A stretch of DNA of 64,000 nucleotides from Trichinella spiralis. Lineage: Eukaryota. A model generated the notes under the pieces. That model saw only the letters and a program-made list of their open reading frames with translations, made no database searches and had not been told where the DNA came from. Shown here piece after piece: positions 27,911 through 42,200 of the stretch. The translations under genes and the position numbers were made by a program. Numbering within the stretch: the stretch's first letter is position 1; each line of letters begins with the position of its first letter. The stretch spans positions 1,658,206 through 1,722,205 of the forward strand of contig NW_003526948.1 of NCBI RefSeq assembly GCF_000181795.1. The letters run 5' to 3'.

Positions 27911-30900
27911 TGTTGAATTTTACTTGAGAAGGAAGTATTCATATTAACTGGACTTCTTCTTTGATTTTCATTAACAATTTATCATTAAAAAAATTTTTTT
28001 TTGCAACTGTAACTGTAACTTTCAGTAATAATAATTGGCGATGCCATTGTAGTAGTTCTTTTTCCTGGTGTGGAGCGGTTTTTGATCTAGCAAATGACGA
28101 GTCTGAATTTTCGGCTATTCAGTATATAAAACCGTTATGAAATTTTGCATCAATATTTCAGTGTATTTTCGTTTTATTTTTTTGTTATTTTTGGCGTCGT
28201 CGTTTTTGTGTTGGTTTTTCAATTACTAAATACAATTTTATAAATCATGTTTTTGTACCTTCTCTTTCCCAGTGCTTTTTCTCGCAAGATCATTGTTCGT
28301 TGTTTTCGATGACGTTTTCTGATCGAAAAGCATCGATTCTCTTTTTTGGAATATGATTTCACAGCAGATTTTTATTGGTCTGCTTGTGATTTTGTTGTGT
28401 AATCTCTTTTTGAACTACCGCTTTCCAGTTGTGCATATGAATGAACTGCGTGCACAGTATCACTGACAAAAGAGGTGGGATATTTCTTTTCCTCATCCTC
28501 TACTTTGATTTTTTTGAAGCTTCTTATCAACAACCCTTTTCTGAGCAGTGTTGTCGATAGCATATGCATGCAACATGTTGTTGGCGTATAAACTTATGCT
28601 ACTTTTTCTTATTACTTTAAATTTTTATCTGAAACTTTTGAACTAGATGTTTTGACAAGGAAAAGAGCAGGATGATGTTTTGTGATTTTATGTGTGTATT
28701 GTGGAATTTTGTTTTTCCCGTGATGACAATGATTGTTTCGACAGACATGATTGCTTTATTATTATTACAGGTGATTCACGAAAACCACGTTAAATGACAA
28801 TGATCGAAGAGTAAATTAAATTTATATTTTTTATATCGCAAAACTTATTGTGTGCATGTTGTTTCCAGTCAGTTGCTAACGTAAAACGCATTTCTCATTT
28901 CACATGAACAAAGTTATTTTTCTGATGAACGAACAGTCGTTAAAAACAGTTAAATTGCACTGGACGTTGAATTTTCTAACTATAACTTCGAGGGATTTAA
29001 TTTTGCTAAAAACAATTTTCACTGTGAACTGTTTGCCAGCTTTGGGCATGATAAGCCAAGTGATTGTCGCGTAAAAGTCTTCAAAATTCAATTTATCTTT
29101 CGTTCATTTCGATAATGCCATTGTAGTAATAATGATAGCGCATTAAAAATGAATAACAATTGACGAATCAGCAAAACAAAAAGAAGGAAACAGCTTTTAT
29201 AATGAATACTATTATAAAGGGAAGAAATATTTACGAACAAAATGCATATTTAATAATATTATGTGCAAAAATGTTGAATATGAAACAAAAAATAGAAGAA
29301 AGAAAATGAACACTGCTAAATTATTGCATAATTAGTATTATTATCAGTATTATTACGCTGTTTACTAAGATATAAATTTCAACTGGAACCAATACAGTAA
29401 GACAGTTCACGGTTTAGTAATTCAAATCGGTTGTACAAGTATAATGGCTAAAATTGTTAAAATTGACATTTTTAATGGCAGATTTTGTACCAAAATTTAC
29501 CATACAACGAATTTTGCATTAAAATTTCAGTAAGAAGAAATATCAGTTTCTAAAGTATCAAAAAATTAACAACATAGCTTCAGTTTTATATAGTGTATCT
29601 TAAGTTAAAAGAATAAATAAAAATTTTTGAATAATTTCTCAATGAAAAGCCGAAAGACTACTCAACAGTGAATGTTGTTTATTTGTCACCATAAGTTTAA
29701 CCTGCACATTTTTAAATTTCATACTGTCGCCTAAGGTGCAGTCTTGAGCATTGTTCTACTAAATTCGGTTGAATACTGCGTTTCAAAATCGACAGCGTAG
29801 CATTTCCCGCCAACGGTTCCTTCTTTGATCTCATCTTTGTAAGTGTGATTTTTATTTTTTCTCATCAACATTGTCAACACATTATACGGCATGATCAACG
29901 TATAACTGAATTTCGAATGCTTGTTCTTTTTAACAACTCGGGCAGCACATGCATGTTTTTTATGTTTTTTTGAAAAAAGTTTCTCTTTATTTAATGTTCA
30001 GGTAATTATTAATAATTTTTTTAATTTTTAATTTAGTTTTATATTGCCGGGAGGGTCCAAGTTCATCATTTAAATATGCTCCAATATTATAGCACATTAT
30101 TTTCTGCTATTTAAATTGAATAATTTTATTGCAGTGTTAATTGTCTCTTGTTGAAAATCATTTTTTTCTCTATTATCTCTTTGCTTATCTGTTCACGCTA
30201 TTTTCTGTCTTATTTGTCGTCCGCAAGTTAATTGACTGTTGTCCAGTTCGAGGTTGTCCGTATTTTTTCCATTTCGCTCTAGTTTCGAATGAAACATATT
30301 TCATCTGTCATTATTTAAGTCATGCTGGAATTTAGCCTAAATTATGGAGGTTTTACCAGATGGGGATTGTTCTGATTATTTTCAAATAAGTGCTATCATC
30401 TTCAGGGAAGTCTGTAAAGTTTTAGTTTTTGGCACGTAAAAGCATCTTCTCATATGTAAATTATTCTAGTTTGGGTTTCTTTTGTTGTAGAAGCTTTTTT
30501 CTGATCCTGAATCAATTGATCGATAATATTAATATGTCATTATGTTAATTTCGTAGTATTATTGCAGTTATGTCTTCTTCAGTCTGCTTTCGCCTTATCT
30601 CACGGTTATGTGACGGTATTTCTTATAATCATTTTGGAGAAAGTATTGTAAATTTCAATGATTAGAAATTGAATCTTCTAAACGATTAGAATAACAAGTT
30701 CTTATTTTGTTGTGAAATTGTATCTTCCCTCAAATGTAGTGAACTGAGTCTACGTTTTCCACGAATTTTCATTGCTCGCCTTCTTGGTTTTGAATTTCAG
30801 TTTTATCCTACTCAGATTCGTTGATTGAATTTCGCATTATCACATTTTGAGCTTAAGTTGTTCCTCGATTTGTCTGTTGTCATACTGTAAGTGATTGTCA

Positions 30901-32366
30901 AGTTGAAGTTCGACAGTGGGATTCAAAATCCTTAATTGTTTGTCGGTTTTAGGTCTTTGAATTTATTTTTGTTTGTAGAAGTTGCAACAGAAGTTCAAAC
31001 TGTGATTTTTACTTATTTCAAACCTAGCCGTTTTTTACTGTGTAATTGGTTTCGTTAGCTTAACTGTAAAATTGTATTTATCATATATATATATATATAT
31101 ACATTTTGGAAAACTTTTCATAATTTTAATCTTTTCTGCGTCCAAAGTGCACTTCATGTTGAAAGTTTCACATCAACACGTTTCTTGCCAATGGGAATAT
31201 TCTTTTCCATGAAAGCATAACTTATTTATGTATATTTTGTTACGTTTGTCACTTTCTAAGTATGCGCAGCATTGCAATTATAAAATAGACTGCGATATTA
31301 TGTTAGAATGAAATTTTGTTCTTTGACGAATGTTTTGTTTAACTGAATTTTTACCGATATGCAAATGAAAATGACCACTGCTGACCTGTGCATACTACTA
31401 CTACTAATAATAATAATGTAATTATTATTAATCTTTTTGCAAAAATGGAAAGCAGTATAATTTGTCAAAAATTAGATTTTTTGTTGTTATTTGATTTCAC
31501 CTTTTTCTAATTTTTTTACTTTCATATTTATCGATCGTTTCTGCCAAAGATTGACAGCAGGGAAATTTTCTGCTGTTCAGTTTGGGTTTGTCATTTTTCT
31601 TCAAGAATCAATTTATCTTCTTAGTCAAAGTCTGAGCGTGTTTTTGCAGCCGGATCAGTCTGGACTGCGATTTTTTTCCACTGAGTGGAAGAAATTGCAT
31701 GCAGTATTGGTTAGTCGATTTGCTGTCGATGTTGGTTACATTTTCGAGGGAATGTTGTAGTTTTGTGCTTGAACATTCTATGAAACGAGTCAACCCTGTA
31801 CGAGTGGTGAATAATGTTGTGAAAATTTAGTGGTTGTGTTTTGGGATGTAAAGTTTTTTTTCACGTATTTGTCGTATGTTATTGTCACTGATGCCAAGGT
31901 GATTTGAACGGTTGTCAAGTGTTTTTGTAAAAGTAGTTTTTTGAATAACATCGCCAAGTAGCATGTTGTTTGTGTGCAGAGGTTGCTAATTTGCCAGCTT
32001 TTGCATGTTGTATGCAACACCGTTGTCTCATTTTTCAGATTTAATCTATCGTTATTGTTATTATTGTTTCTTTTTTGTTAGATTTCAAACTTGCTTAAGT
32101 GCAATTGTGTGCGTTCGGTGGCGTGGCTTTTGGCAGCGTGAAAATTGTTGCTGAAGTATAACAACTGATTTTGTTTGGTTTGGCTTTGCATTTTTTTCTG
32201 AATCGCTTGCACGATTGCGTTGGTGAACAGGTCGCGTGCATTGTGTATCCACTTTGAGCGGTTCCAGCTACGCACTCAGACCACTGCGTTGACAGAATAT
32301 ATTGTAACTACTACTACTGATCGATAAGAAAGAGGAAGAAGGAAAAGCCGTCTAATCACTTTACCT

Positions 32367-33692
32367 ATGCCTTCGAATTCGAAATCAAAGGGGCGTCGAA
32401 AAAATGGTAAGTGTTCAGTTTAGCTTTTGCCTTTGGCGCTTTGCTTGGGTTCTGCGACGGTCGTAGTTGAACCTTATAGCGTCGGTATTTCATACTGCAC
32501 TGTTGCAGTGAGTACAGGTGAGGGAATCGACTGGACAATGAGGGATATTGTTTCTGTGTCAACCAAATAAATAAAAGCTTCGCGGATAAATGGGTTGAAT
32601 TTATTATGCTCGGTCCAGCTTGTTGCACTATTATTGCATTTTGGTTTCATCGATCCGCAAACGGTGCTTCTGTTCATATCAGCATTATAAATTGGAAAGA
32701 CAACACGAAGTCATTCATCATCAGTGAAACATTGTTCGTGCTCTGTTCCATTGTAAAAAATGCAAACGATGATCTTCGTCAGTTAATTCATAATTCATCT
32801 GCAAAGTGGTGGAAATTTTATTTTGATTGCTTTTTCATTTGCTCGACGTCGAGCTGATTTTCTGCACCACGAACTTATTCAAGTTTTTTATACAAAAACT
32901 AAATTTCCGTGATGATGAGTTTTGGTGGTTTGACGATTATTTGTTGCTTGTATTCTGTTGTCGCATTCAGTGCGCTCAGTTTGTAATTTCATGCAAAAGA
33001 CGTGGCATGTGTAGTGTACTGTAGCGAGGTGACGTTCAGGTTTCAGTTAGTGGTTATACATTGGCCCGCGGAAATTGTAATAGTCGAGTCGATTTGGAAC
33101 GTTGATCATTTCGACGAAACAATATTCTTCCCCGGTGGCAGTTGGCGGAGCGGAAACTACAATCATAGTTGTGGGCTTTTTTGGAAAAGAAGATGAAGCG
33201 TGTTATGCTTACGCGTACACTCACGCGTGTTTCAGATTGAACTTTTTTCTCTGCTCTAGAAGTGCCAGGCAAGTGGACTATAGTAAGCTACCTGTCTGGG
33301 TGGCTGGCTGAATGGCTGTCTGTCTGTCTGCCTGACTGGCTGGCTGCTTGACTGAGCGACTGGACGGCTTGCTAGAAGTGAGTTGCGCAAGCACGACGCA
33401 CGTGAGGAAGTGCGATGGTGGAGTTCGGTGTGTACATGTTTTCAAACTCTGTCGACTAAAATCAACGATCATCATTTTTTCAGAATATATTTATCATCAT
33501 CAACTTTTTTCAATATTTATTCTTTTCAGTTGTTCACAGTAATTAATCTTGTTGCTGATAACATCGCAGATGACGAAGATGATAGTGTAGATGTTTGATT
33601 TTGTTTTCTTTAAAAAAATATTTTATTTTGTTTTCGTTCATTTCAGAAGAGGAAAGTTGAAGCGAGTTATATATATATATATATATAATATC

Positions 33693-33723
<31 letters not shown>

Positions 33724-36700
33724 TTGATAGAAATAAAGATAGAAATGCGTTTGTTTTAGGCGGCTTCGGAGGAGGTCGTCAATTTGCTGGTGGTACAGGA
33801 GGAAACTTGAACGATTCTAAGGACTTGAATTATACATTTGCTGGGCAACAACAGCAGATGTCGAACAAGCAGCAACAGCCAATGGACCGTGCCAACGGCG
33901 CCGGCTTGTACGGTCGGTTTTGCCCCACCGGCGCAAGCAGGAGTTACGGCGATACGGGATACCAGCAGCCGTTGAGCTTGAATGAAAACGACTTTCCATC
34001 GTTGTCGTCGAACAGGTCGATCAGTTACGGTGGGACGACCGGCCCGGCGCCTGGTCACCGCAATGCCGCTTCCGGGGGCCGTTTTTCTTCTTACAACCGA
34101 AATTGTAAAGTTCTCTTGGCATTAGCTGACGGATGAGGATGTTGTGTTTTTTTCTTACAAAAGCTACTTTTCAGCTTCGTCGCTTGGGTCGGGTTCGTCG
34201 AGACCACCTCACCACGTACAGCAACAAGAAAGTCAGCCTGAATTTCAAATTCAGAATGAAGATTTTCCAGCCCTGCCCGGCACACTGGATTCCAGTTCAA
34301 CTGTAGTTGTAAGTTTGATATTCACGAATGAAGGAGGGGTGAAAATTGGTTGGGGCTTAGTAGTAAAGCAGTTAGCAAAAAAAAGTAGTAGCGAAATGAA
34401 TAATAGGAAAGATCATCATCGTCAGATCAAGTTTCCTTTTTGGTTTTCGCATATTTGCAATGCAAAAACGATTATTTTTCCAACGTTGTTATGATTGTTT
34501 GTTTGAGAGAAGGGAAAATTCTTTTTTACTCAGCACAGCTTCAGATGTTGAACAAAAATTACCATTAGCATTGGTTTCTTTGTTTTGTATTTCAGTTGGG
34601 AAGTTTCGTCTGTTATTGACGGTTGTGTTGATTTGCTTTTTTTAAATTTTTTAAATTTGTTTAAAATGGTAGTGAAAATAATTGTTCCAGTGTTGAACCG
34701 GTACAACGGGTTTGTCGGCTGCGAAATCAGCTCAACCAACAGCGTTGCAGCCGGCGGCATGTGTAGAATGAACATTTTTTGCGTTGAAGTGTGTTTTAAT
34801 TTTTCATATGACACTTTATGCAGTTGTGCTTTCATAACAACAACAACTAAAACAACAGTAAGCTGAGTTTTGCTTCTCGCGTATTTTTTTTCACTCGTCA
34901 TTTCCTCCAATCCGTCCATCTATCCAACTAACCACACTATCTATGCATAGACGTGTAATCACACCTTGAATGCTTTTGCATAGAGATGCTTTTTGCTTTT
35001 CTTGAACTTTATTTTGTTTTTAATTGTTTTTTCTTAAATGTTTATTTGGCAATATTTGTTTGTTTGCCTGACGTCGATGCTAAATAATTAATTGGTTGTT
35101 GTTTTGAAGTGGGAGTTTTTTTTTACTTTTCACAATAAGCAAACGAACATAGAGTATTTAAGAAAGGAACGTGAAAGAAATTATTATTGTAGAGAAGGAG
35201 AGAAAAAAAAAGCTGCAGTACTACTCTTATTATCCTATGATTACTTTGAAGCGTGCTTGTTAATTATTTTTTATTGTTGTTTTTCTGCATTTTTTGTCAT
35301 ACATCGCAGACAGTCGAAAATAACTATTTAGCCAGTTATTAGCCAAGCAGGCGATGATGAGTAGATTTTTTTTCATACGATGAAGAGGGGTACATGCATG
35401 CTGGCTGAAAAAGCACTGTGATGAAAAGCGATCGGGTTGCTAGTTTCTGGTCGATCAGGTGCTATATATTTATATTTTTATTTATTTATTTTGGGCCATT
35501 TTACTGAGCTGAACATTTGTTTACCCTATGCTTTTGTTTTGAGCAGTTGAATTTCTGTTTCATTTTGTCTCAGCTGTTTTTCTCAACGGTGACAAGAGAA
35601 AATATTGTTGTTTGCCACAGTTGGTCAATTTTTACAATGACGTCATTATTAGGAATTTCAAATGTTACCTGACAGCTTTTGAATTTATAGACTTGATTGT
35701 TAATTGTTTAGGAAATTGTTTTCAAAAAAAGGAAAATAAGTAATAATCAGTTATTAATACTGAATATCGGTAAATAAATCACAGTCAGTCAAAAGACAGA
35801 CAGACAATGAGAGTAGCAGACTTGTATTAGGTATTGATAATTGTTATTAGGTAGCATACCGGCTTGCACACTATCTTTGTGCAGCATGTGTGTGTGTATG
35901 TGTGTAGCTGTTTTCTGAGTAAATTCTATTGCTTGTTGTTGTTTGTCAGCCCGACCAACTGAGATTAATGTTTGAATTTTGTCGATTTCAGGAGACGTCC
36001 GGAAACGGCCCCATGCCTCCTCATCAAGGAGTATACTTGATGCCAGACGGTGAAAAAGTTTCCTCTAAATATCCAACGGTTAATAAAAAAACGAAGATTT
36101 TCTTTTCATTTTAGGTACAGTTACCGGCTTGCAAGTCGGTATGCTGCGAGATCATTTTGGTATGGGTGCGGCGGCGGTGTTTTTTCAAAAGCTGCCCACT
36201 ATGGATGCAAATTTGGTCGCACTGTACGTCGGCGAAGATCTTACTCAGGTTGGCGTGGATTTGACTTCACGCGAGTAGGTTTTCATTATTCATTGATTTT
36301 ATTGATTATTTGAAATAATATTTAAATTTTTTTGTCATATTTTTGTTTTTTGTGTTTCAGGCAGAACTTGTTTCCAAGCTTTGCGGGTTCGCTGGCGGAT
36401 GGACCGTTGCCATGTCACAACATGGAAGGAGATATTCCAGAGGAATATCTTACTCATTCGAGAGTTTGTGAAAGGGTTTTGCCGGTGAAGTTGAATCGTT
36501 ACAACGAAGATTTGCTGTTTTTTATGTTCTACACGTTTGTTGGCGAATCTTACCAAATTGGCGCCGCAGCTGAACTGTATGTATAAATAAAAAACAGATA
36601 ATAAATAAATGAATAAATTACATTAAAAAAACAAAAGTATAAATGTGTGTGTGGGTGCGCGCCTACGTGCGCTCGCATGTAAAATTTAGTACTGTATTGG

Positions 36701-37221
36701 TGGCCTGGAAAAGAAATACTAGCAGAGTTGATGGTGTTTTACAGGTACCAACGGGATTGGCGCTATCACAAAGAAGAGCGCATTTGGTTAACGCGGGCAC
36801 CTGGAATGGTTCCGACTGAAAAAAATGCCACTTATGAGCAGGGCTTGTATTACGTGTTTGATCCACTGCTGTGGCGTAAGGTAAGCTTCAGACTGACGAA
36901 GAATCCTTTTTTTTTCTTTCTTTAGTTTCTTTTTAAACAACATTGTCATCATGTTATCCTTTTATTTGTAACCCGCTTACATGATGCCTGCAGGTTGCGA
37001 GAGAAATGGTGCTTGAATACAGCAAGCTGGAGGATCGTCCATTGATAGAAGGATTTCCACAGCATATGTCTGTACCAGTAAATATGCCGCAGCAACAGCA
37101 GACGGCACAGCAGCAGCAACAACCAATGGCGGCACCTAAGCAGCCGCACATTCCAACGCCTCAGCAGCAACAACATCAACAACAGCAGCAGGCGCCGCAT
37201 TTATTCATGAAACCGTCTTAA
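32367..37221 (+). CDS. CNOT2: CCR4-NOT complex subunit 2 (CNOT2/Regena/ntl-2), multi-exon; start exon is a best guess
   Basis: MPSNSKSKGRRKN exon with GTAAGT donor joins in frame to the 33724 exon. Motifs LNENDFPSL, EFQIQNEDFPALPG, MLRDHFGM, NLFPSFAG, IPEEYL and NOT-box YNEDLLFFMFY...QIGAAAELY|QRDWRYHKEERIWLTRAPG...YEQGLYYVFDPLLWRKV are present, followed by a Q-rich tail. Confidence 0.92.
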
Positions 37222-37924
37222 ACTGTCAGGTCCTGTACATGTGGAAAGTTGCATACGAGTGTTTGTTTACTACTAGAATAAAGCTTGCCTTTTTGCAGTT
37301 TTTCTCCGTCGTATTGCCACACATTTTGGAAAGAGAAGTATTTATTTATATTCATCTATTTGCATGTTGTTAATCATACCGAACGTAATTTTTGACTCAG
37401 TGCAACTGTTGTGACTTATTGCAGAAATTATCGAAGACGAATGTTATTCCTTTTGGAAATTAAATAAAAAAAGAAGATAAATGTTGAAATTTTTTGAAGG
37501 CAAAAATGATGAAGTATGATTTTTACGTGCATGAAATTTCATTCATAAAACATGTGAGTATGAAGGTTTCTGAAACACATCGAAATTATGCATGTATAGA
37601 ACAAATTCCCTGTCCGTGGTGAAGCATTCCTCTTATATAAAAAGCATTCTGCCGTGTTGCATTTCGGCCTCTTCCGCTGAACACCGGCACCGATTCGCCT
37701 CTGCTCTGACAGTTGCGCTTACGATTAAGCACCATTCTCTTCTTTAGCATATCTGCTGTTCTCTCACAGCAGGCGCCAGTTGACTGACTTGACTGGTGAA
37801 GCTAGCACGTCAGCCGGACCTGGTTAAGCTGGAATGGAATGTTTTGGTCATTGCGTCATTTCCAAGAATTGAGCTCCTAGGTCAACATCATGAGTTGCGT
37901 CACCCTGGACGTTGACCCACTTCT

Positions 37925-38198
37925 TTAGGATTTGCGCTTCATATTTGGTGCATACCGGGTTCCAATTCCTTCCGGAACAGTAACTTTATTGCCTATTTAA
38001 TGCATACAGTGTTACAGTAATTGTTATTTCAAAATTTTAATGGCACATAATTTACAAACAGTTTATAAGCGCTAAAAATTATGAGAAGCAACATTCTTCA
38101 AGTTATATGAATCTCAATTTTTGCAACATCTAATCACGGACATCTTCGTCGTTCGGCTTCATACCAAGGGAGTGACTGTTTCTACATACATACATACA

Positions 38199-38232
<34 letters not shown>

Positions 38233-39241
38233 CAGTTAACAAACAGACGTTTAAATTAAAACAAAGATGTCAGAGTATTAACTAAATAATTTTACATCGC
38301 TAATCTGCATACTAAAACAGCTATACCTTGAATTTTCAGAAATACGTACCGTTCCTGAAGACTGGTTGGTGATTTCCCAAAAATACGGTTTCGCGCCTCC
38401 ATGTAAGAAACCATACGTTCTTCAACTGTGGGATGTGCCAACTGCTTAAGCTGAGAAGTAGTCGGCTTTTCATTTGTAACTCGAGCGGCTCCGGTTGGAC
38501 GCTTAAGTATTTGAATTTGTCGTTTTTCGTCTGATTGCTTACCAGGCAACCCGTTTCCATCTTTTTGAAGTAAGTGAGCTGTACTAAACGAATAACAAAT
38601 TTAACGCAGGTTAAAATTTTCTTTTTTTATCCATCTGCTACGTATATCTATTAAAATGGCGTATTTCGGCCCATTTTCTTCAGAAAGTGGAATATCTAGC
38701 TTTATTTAAAAAATTTATGTACATTTACAAACAGAAGTTTATGTACTCCTAAATCTCATTACTCTATCTTTATACAATAATGCTTGAAACGGAATACAAA
38801 AGAACCCAACAGTTCGACTTTACATAGTTTTTTCAATTAATTTTTATACAATCATATAGAAAAAAAATTTAAATTATGTATTTCAAATTCATTATAATGC
38901 AACAATCCCAACATTCCAACTCCATCTTGTGGCAAAATCAAAATACGGATGCAATTTCAAGAACATAAATCAATTTATGTTTTATTTCATCAGTTGCAAC
39001 GTTAATACTATTCATAAATGTGTGGTGGTGCCCTTTACAGACAGCACGTCCCGCTGTACGTGTAGTTAATAAAGGAAATATTTCTCATTATTTATCTAAA
39101 AAATGAAATAAATTACGCTTCCATCTTTTCGGACATCTCTTTCAGCTTTTTTCGACGACGAATCACCTGATCCAACCTTTTTCCTGTGTCATCTTCTTCC
39201 CATGTTTCAGCTACTTCTTCGGATGTCGCAGAGTGATGCAT
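37925..39241 (-). CDS. SZRD1: SUZ domain-containing protein 1 (SZRD1-like); 3' end at 38130 or 37925 depending on splicing
   Basis: N-terminal EEVAETWEEDDTG resembles SZRD1 EEVAESWEE. SUZ domain QIQILKRP...PTVEERMVSYMEARNRIFG. GT-AG introns are consistent with the frame. Confidence 0.85.
38184..38228. repeat. (ACAT)n tetranucleotide microsatellite at an SZRD1 intron 3' end
   Basis: Direct repeat abutting the splice acceptor. Confidence 0.9.
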
Positions 39242-42200
39242 AATAATATAAGAAAAAGAACTTAAATAAATTAAAAAATCATTGACAGAAATATAAACAC
39301 TTAATGTATTTTATGTCGTTAACACTTATTTTTAACGTGAAACGTTACTCTTAAACGTCGCAAATGCATAGAAAATGAAAGCCAAAAGATAAAAATAACC
39401 AATTTTGAAAAATCAGTAACCATAAAAACAAATAAACTCTAAATACAGGTGATATAAAATTATGAGATGCTATACCTTTCAAAACATTGTGGTGAATGCA
39501 TATTATACACTCGAAAATAGAAAATGATGCTAATTCATTCAATTGTTGATTTATAACTACATTTTTGCATTTATAATTGATTATGACACATTTTGAAACG
39601 TTATAATACTACTTACATAACTCTGCTCAAGCTAATGTTGCAAACAAAAAAAATAATACTTTATCATACTGTAATACAGTATGATCAAATAAACAACAAG
39701 TTCAATTATGTTTATTTTAATGACAAAGTTGAAAAGATAGCTCATGTAAGATAAAATGAAATAAAATACCATCGTGTAATACCACCACTAGGCAATATAT
39801 TGAAATGCTGAATTTTAGTGCATTCAGGATAGCAGCTTCGCTTAAACGTCTTGCTAATTTGATCGTAACGGCCGTAATTAATGTCATTATAAATTTTCAG
39901 ATTTTACTTTGACTCTTTTTCTTAATCACATGAATGTCGACTATTCATACATAAACTAACCTGCGCATTTTCAAATTTTTTTATAATAAAAGTTTTTTAA
40001 GACTCTTTAGATACAACATAAAGGTCAATTTTATTTATAATCTTTGTTTCATGATATAGCATTATTTTGGAAATGAATTTTTAATATGATGGTTAATGAT
40101 TGGATTTACTGTTGATTTTCTTTCCAATTATTATACTTGCACGTCAAAATATACACCATGCCTGATAAAAAAGAAACATGAATAGTTCTCTGGCCGTAGA
40201 AAAGATTTTCAATAATTACTGCTTTTTTGTTTCTAATCTCTGATTTTGCTTCACAACGTTGCATCTTTGCGTCCATCAGGCATTTGTTATCAAATGATAT
40301 ACTCTTGAATGGATAATGCTGTATCTTATACACAATATTTTTTAAGGTAAAATAGCATTGAGTTGAGAGACGGCATTCTGATTGCATGAGAATTGAATAA
40401 AAGTAAACAACATTTTTAATATAGTTGAATTCGCTATTTGATTTCAGGCAAAGCCTCTAGCTTCATTGGGTGTTTCACTCAGTGAGCTACATTTTAAATT
40501 ATTGCAGGCTATCTTTGTGCGCCGACTGAATGATTATAACGTTTTCATTTGAAATGAGGACGTCCATCATTGAAACAGATTTGTTTTTCTTTTGTTCTTT
40601 TATTTATATTTCTTGAAAGCAATTCACCCCATGTTTCTTTATTCCGCTGTTGTTGTGTAGCTTTGTTTCAATTTAAAGTTTCTATGAAAGTGAAATATCG
40701 AGGCTTATGCGGCTATTGTCTTCGTCGTCAGCGATTTTTCACTGATGTGTGATATGTGGTGGTTTATATGTAAAATAAACTTTGCTGTTCATTCAAATTT
40801 AAGTGAGATTATTTATTTTTGACAGGTTGCACGTTTCAAAATTTCTTTGCAGCTGCTTGACAACGTAACTGAAAATAGATAGTGCATTTGTATTTTACTA
40901 GCTCAGCTGAATAATGGTGTGTCCATAATGTTCCAAATTTTGCGTCTAAGCTAAATTGAGGTTTGCTGAAGTTTTTGTCTTTTAAATATTTCATTATTAC
41001 AGAAGTATATTGTAAATGTTTGATATATGTTAGACGTTACGATAGTTCAGGTTAATGCCCTTTCGAATGTAAATGTTGTATGCAGCATTATTGGGATTAA
41101 GTTAGAATTTACTTTTATAAACAAATAATAATTCTGCGTTGAGATTTGGTGTTGTTATGCTTGGTCGAGCGAAGCTGCTTGAGCGTTACTACGGGCTTGT
41201 TTGTTTATCTGATGTTAGTGGCACTATTGTCAGACAACATTCTCGAAGATCATTATTGAGTTGTGCCATAACTGATACCCGTATTTAATTACTGAAAAAT
41301 ATTCAATCTTTCCATTTGTTTTCGTTTAAGATACGGTTTGCGCATTTTCGGAAGCATGCAGTTAATAAAGAATCCGTTGTTTATTATATTTCAGAATTCG
41401 CCATTGATTTTAACGTCTAATTTGCAACTTTTACTATATGATAAAGTGAACATTTGGTTTAATGATTAGCATTTCTGTAGATATGAAGAATGACGTCAAG
41501 AAAGCGAAGTGACGGAACTCAACTGAAGTCAAAAAATAAGAGCGGTTTTCTTTAATACTGCGATTGTGATGCTTTGAAAAAATGAAGTTTTGCTTTGTTA
41601 AATTAACTGAACTATACTACACGGTTCAGATTTATATTAATGCAGTTTTCGCTTACTGACAGCAAAACTGATGTATGCAATTTCTTTCACGAATCACAGC
41701 AGATTCACATTTTCACTGGCTGATTTACGGCTGTTTTTATTTTTTAATGCATTCATTCATTTGTTCAGAGCTGCATCTTTTAATTGTTTTCATCATAAAG
41801 GTTTTCTGTTACGTTTGAAAATAGTTTGATCATGTATTTAATTTTATATTTGTTGTCATGTTCAAATTTTGCCAATTACTTCTTTATATTCTTTTTTTCA
41901 TTTATATCTTTTAACATTAATTTAAAACTAAATCAACTAATTATGCGTTGCATATGTAGTAACAACGATGCAATGACGATTTGCACAATTAGTATAATAT
42001 GTGATCGCCCAGAGTTGAAATTCATTACAATTGCTATGAAATTAAATGAATTCACAATTGATGTCAAATTATTGGGTTCATGCATAATATTTGTTTGAAA
42101 CTTCATAGAAATCCACCTGTATGTACAATGGAAATTATTCCGGGCATTTCAGAAACTACGACGTATTGCAAAATAATTTTGTGTTTATAGCAAGCAATTT

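Noticed and set aside
32365..33600. Cluster of short ORFs in CNOT2 intron 1
   Set aside because: No recognisable motifs, consistent splice pattern or strand preference.
35417..35512. GTGATGA...CTGA pair suggesting a C/D snoRNA in a CNOT2 intron
   Set aside because: No terminal stem or recognisable rRNA guide, and such boxes arise by chance in AT-rich DNA.
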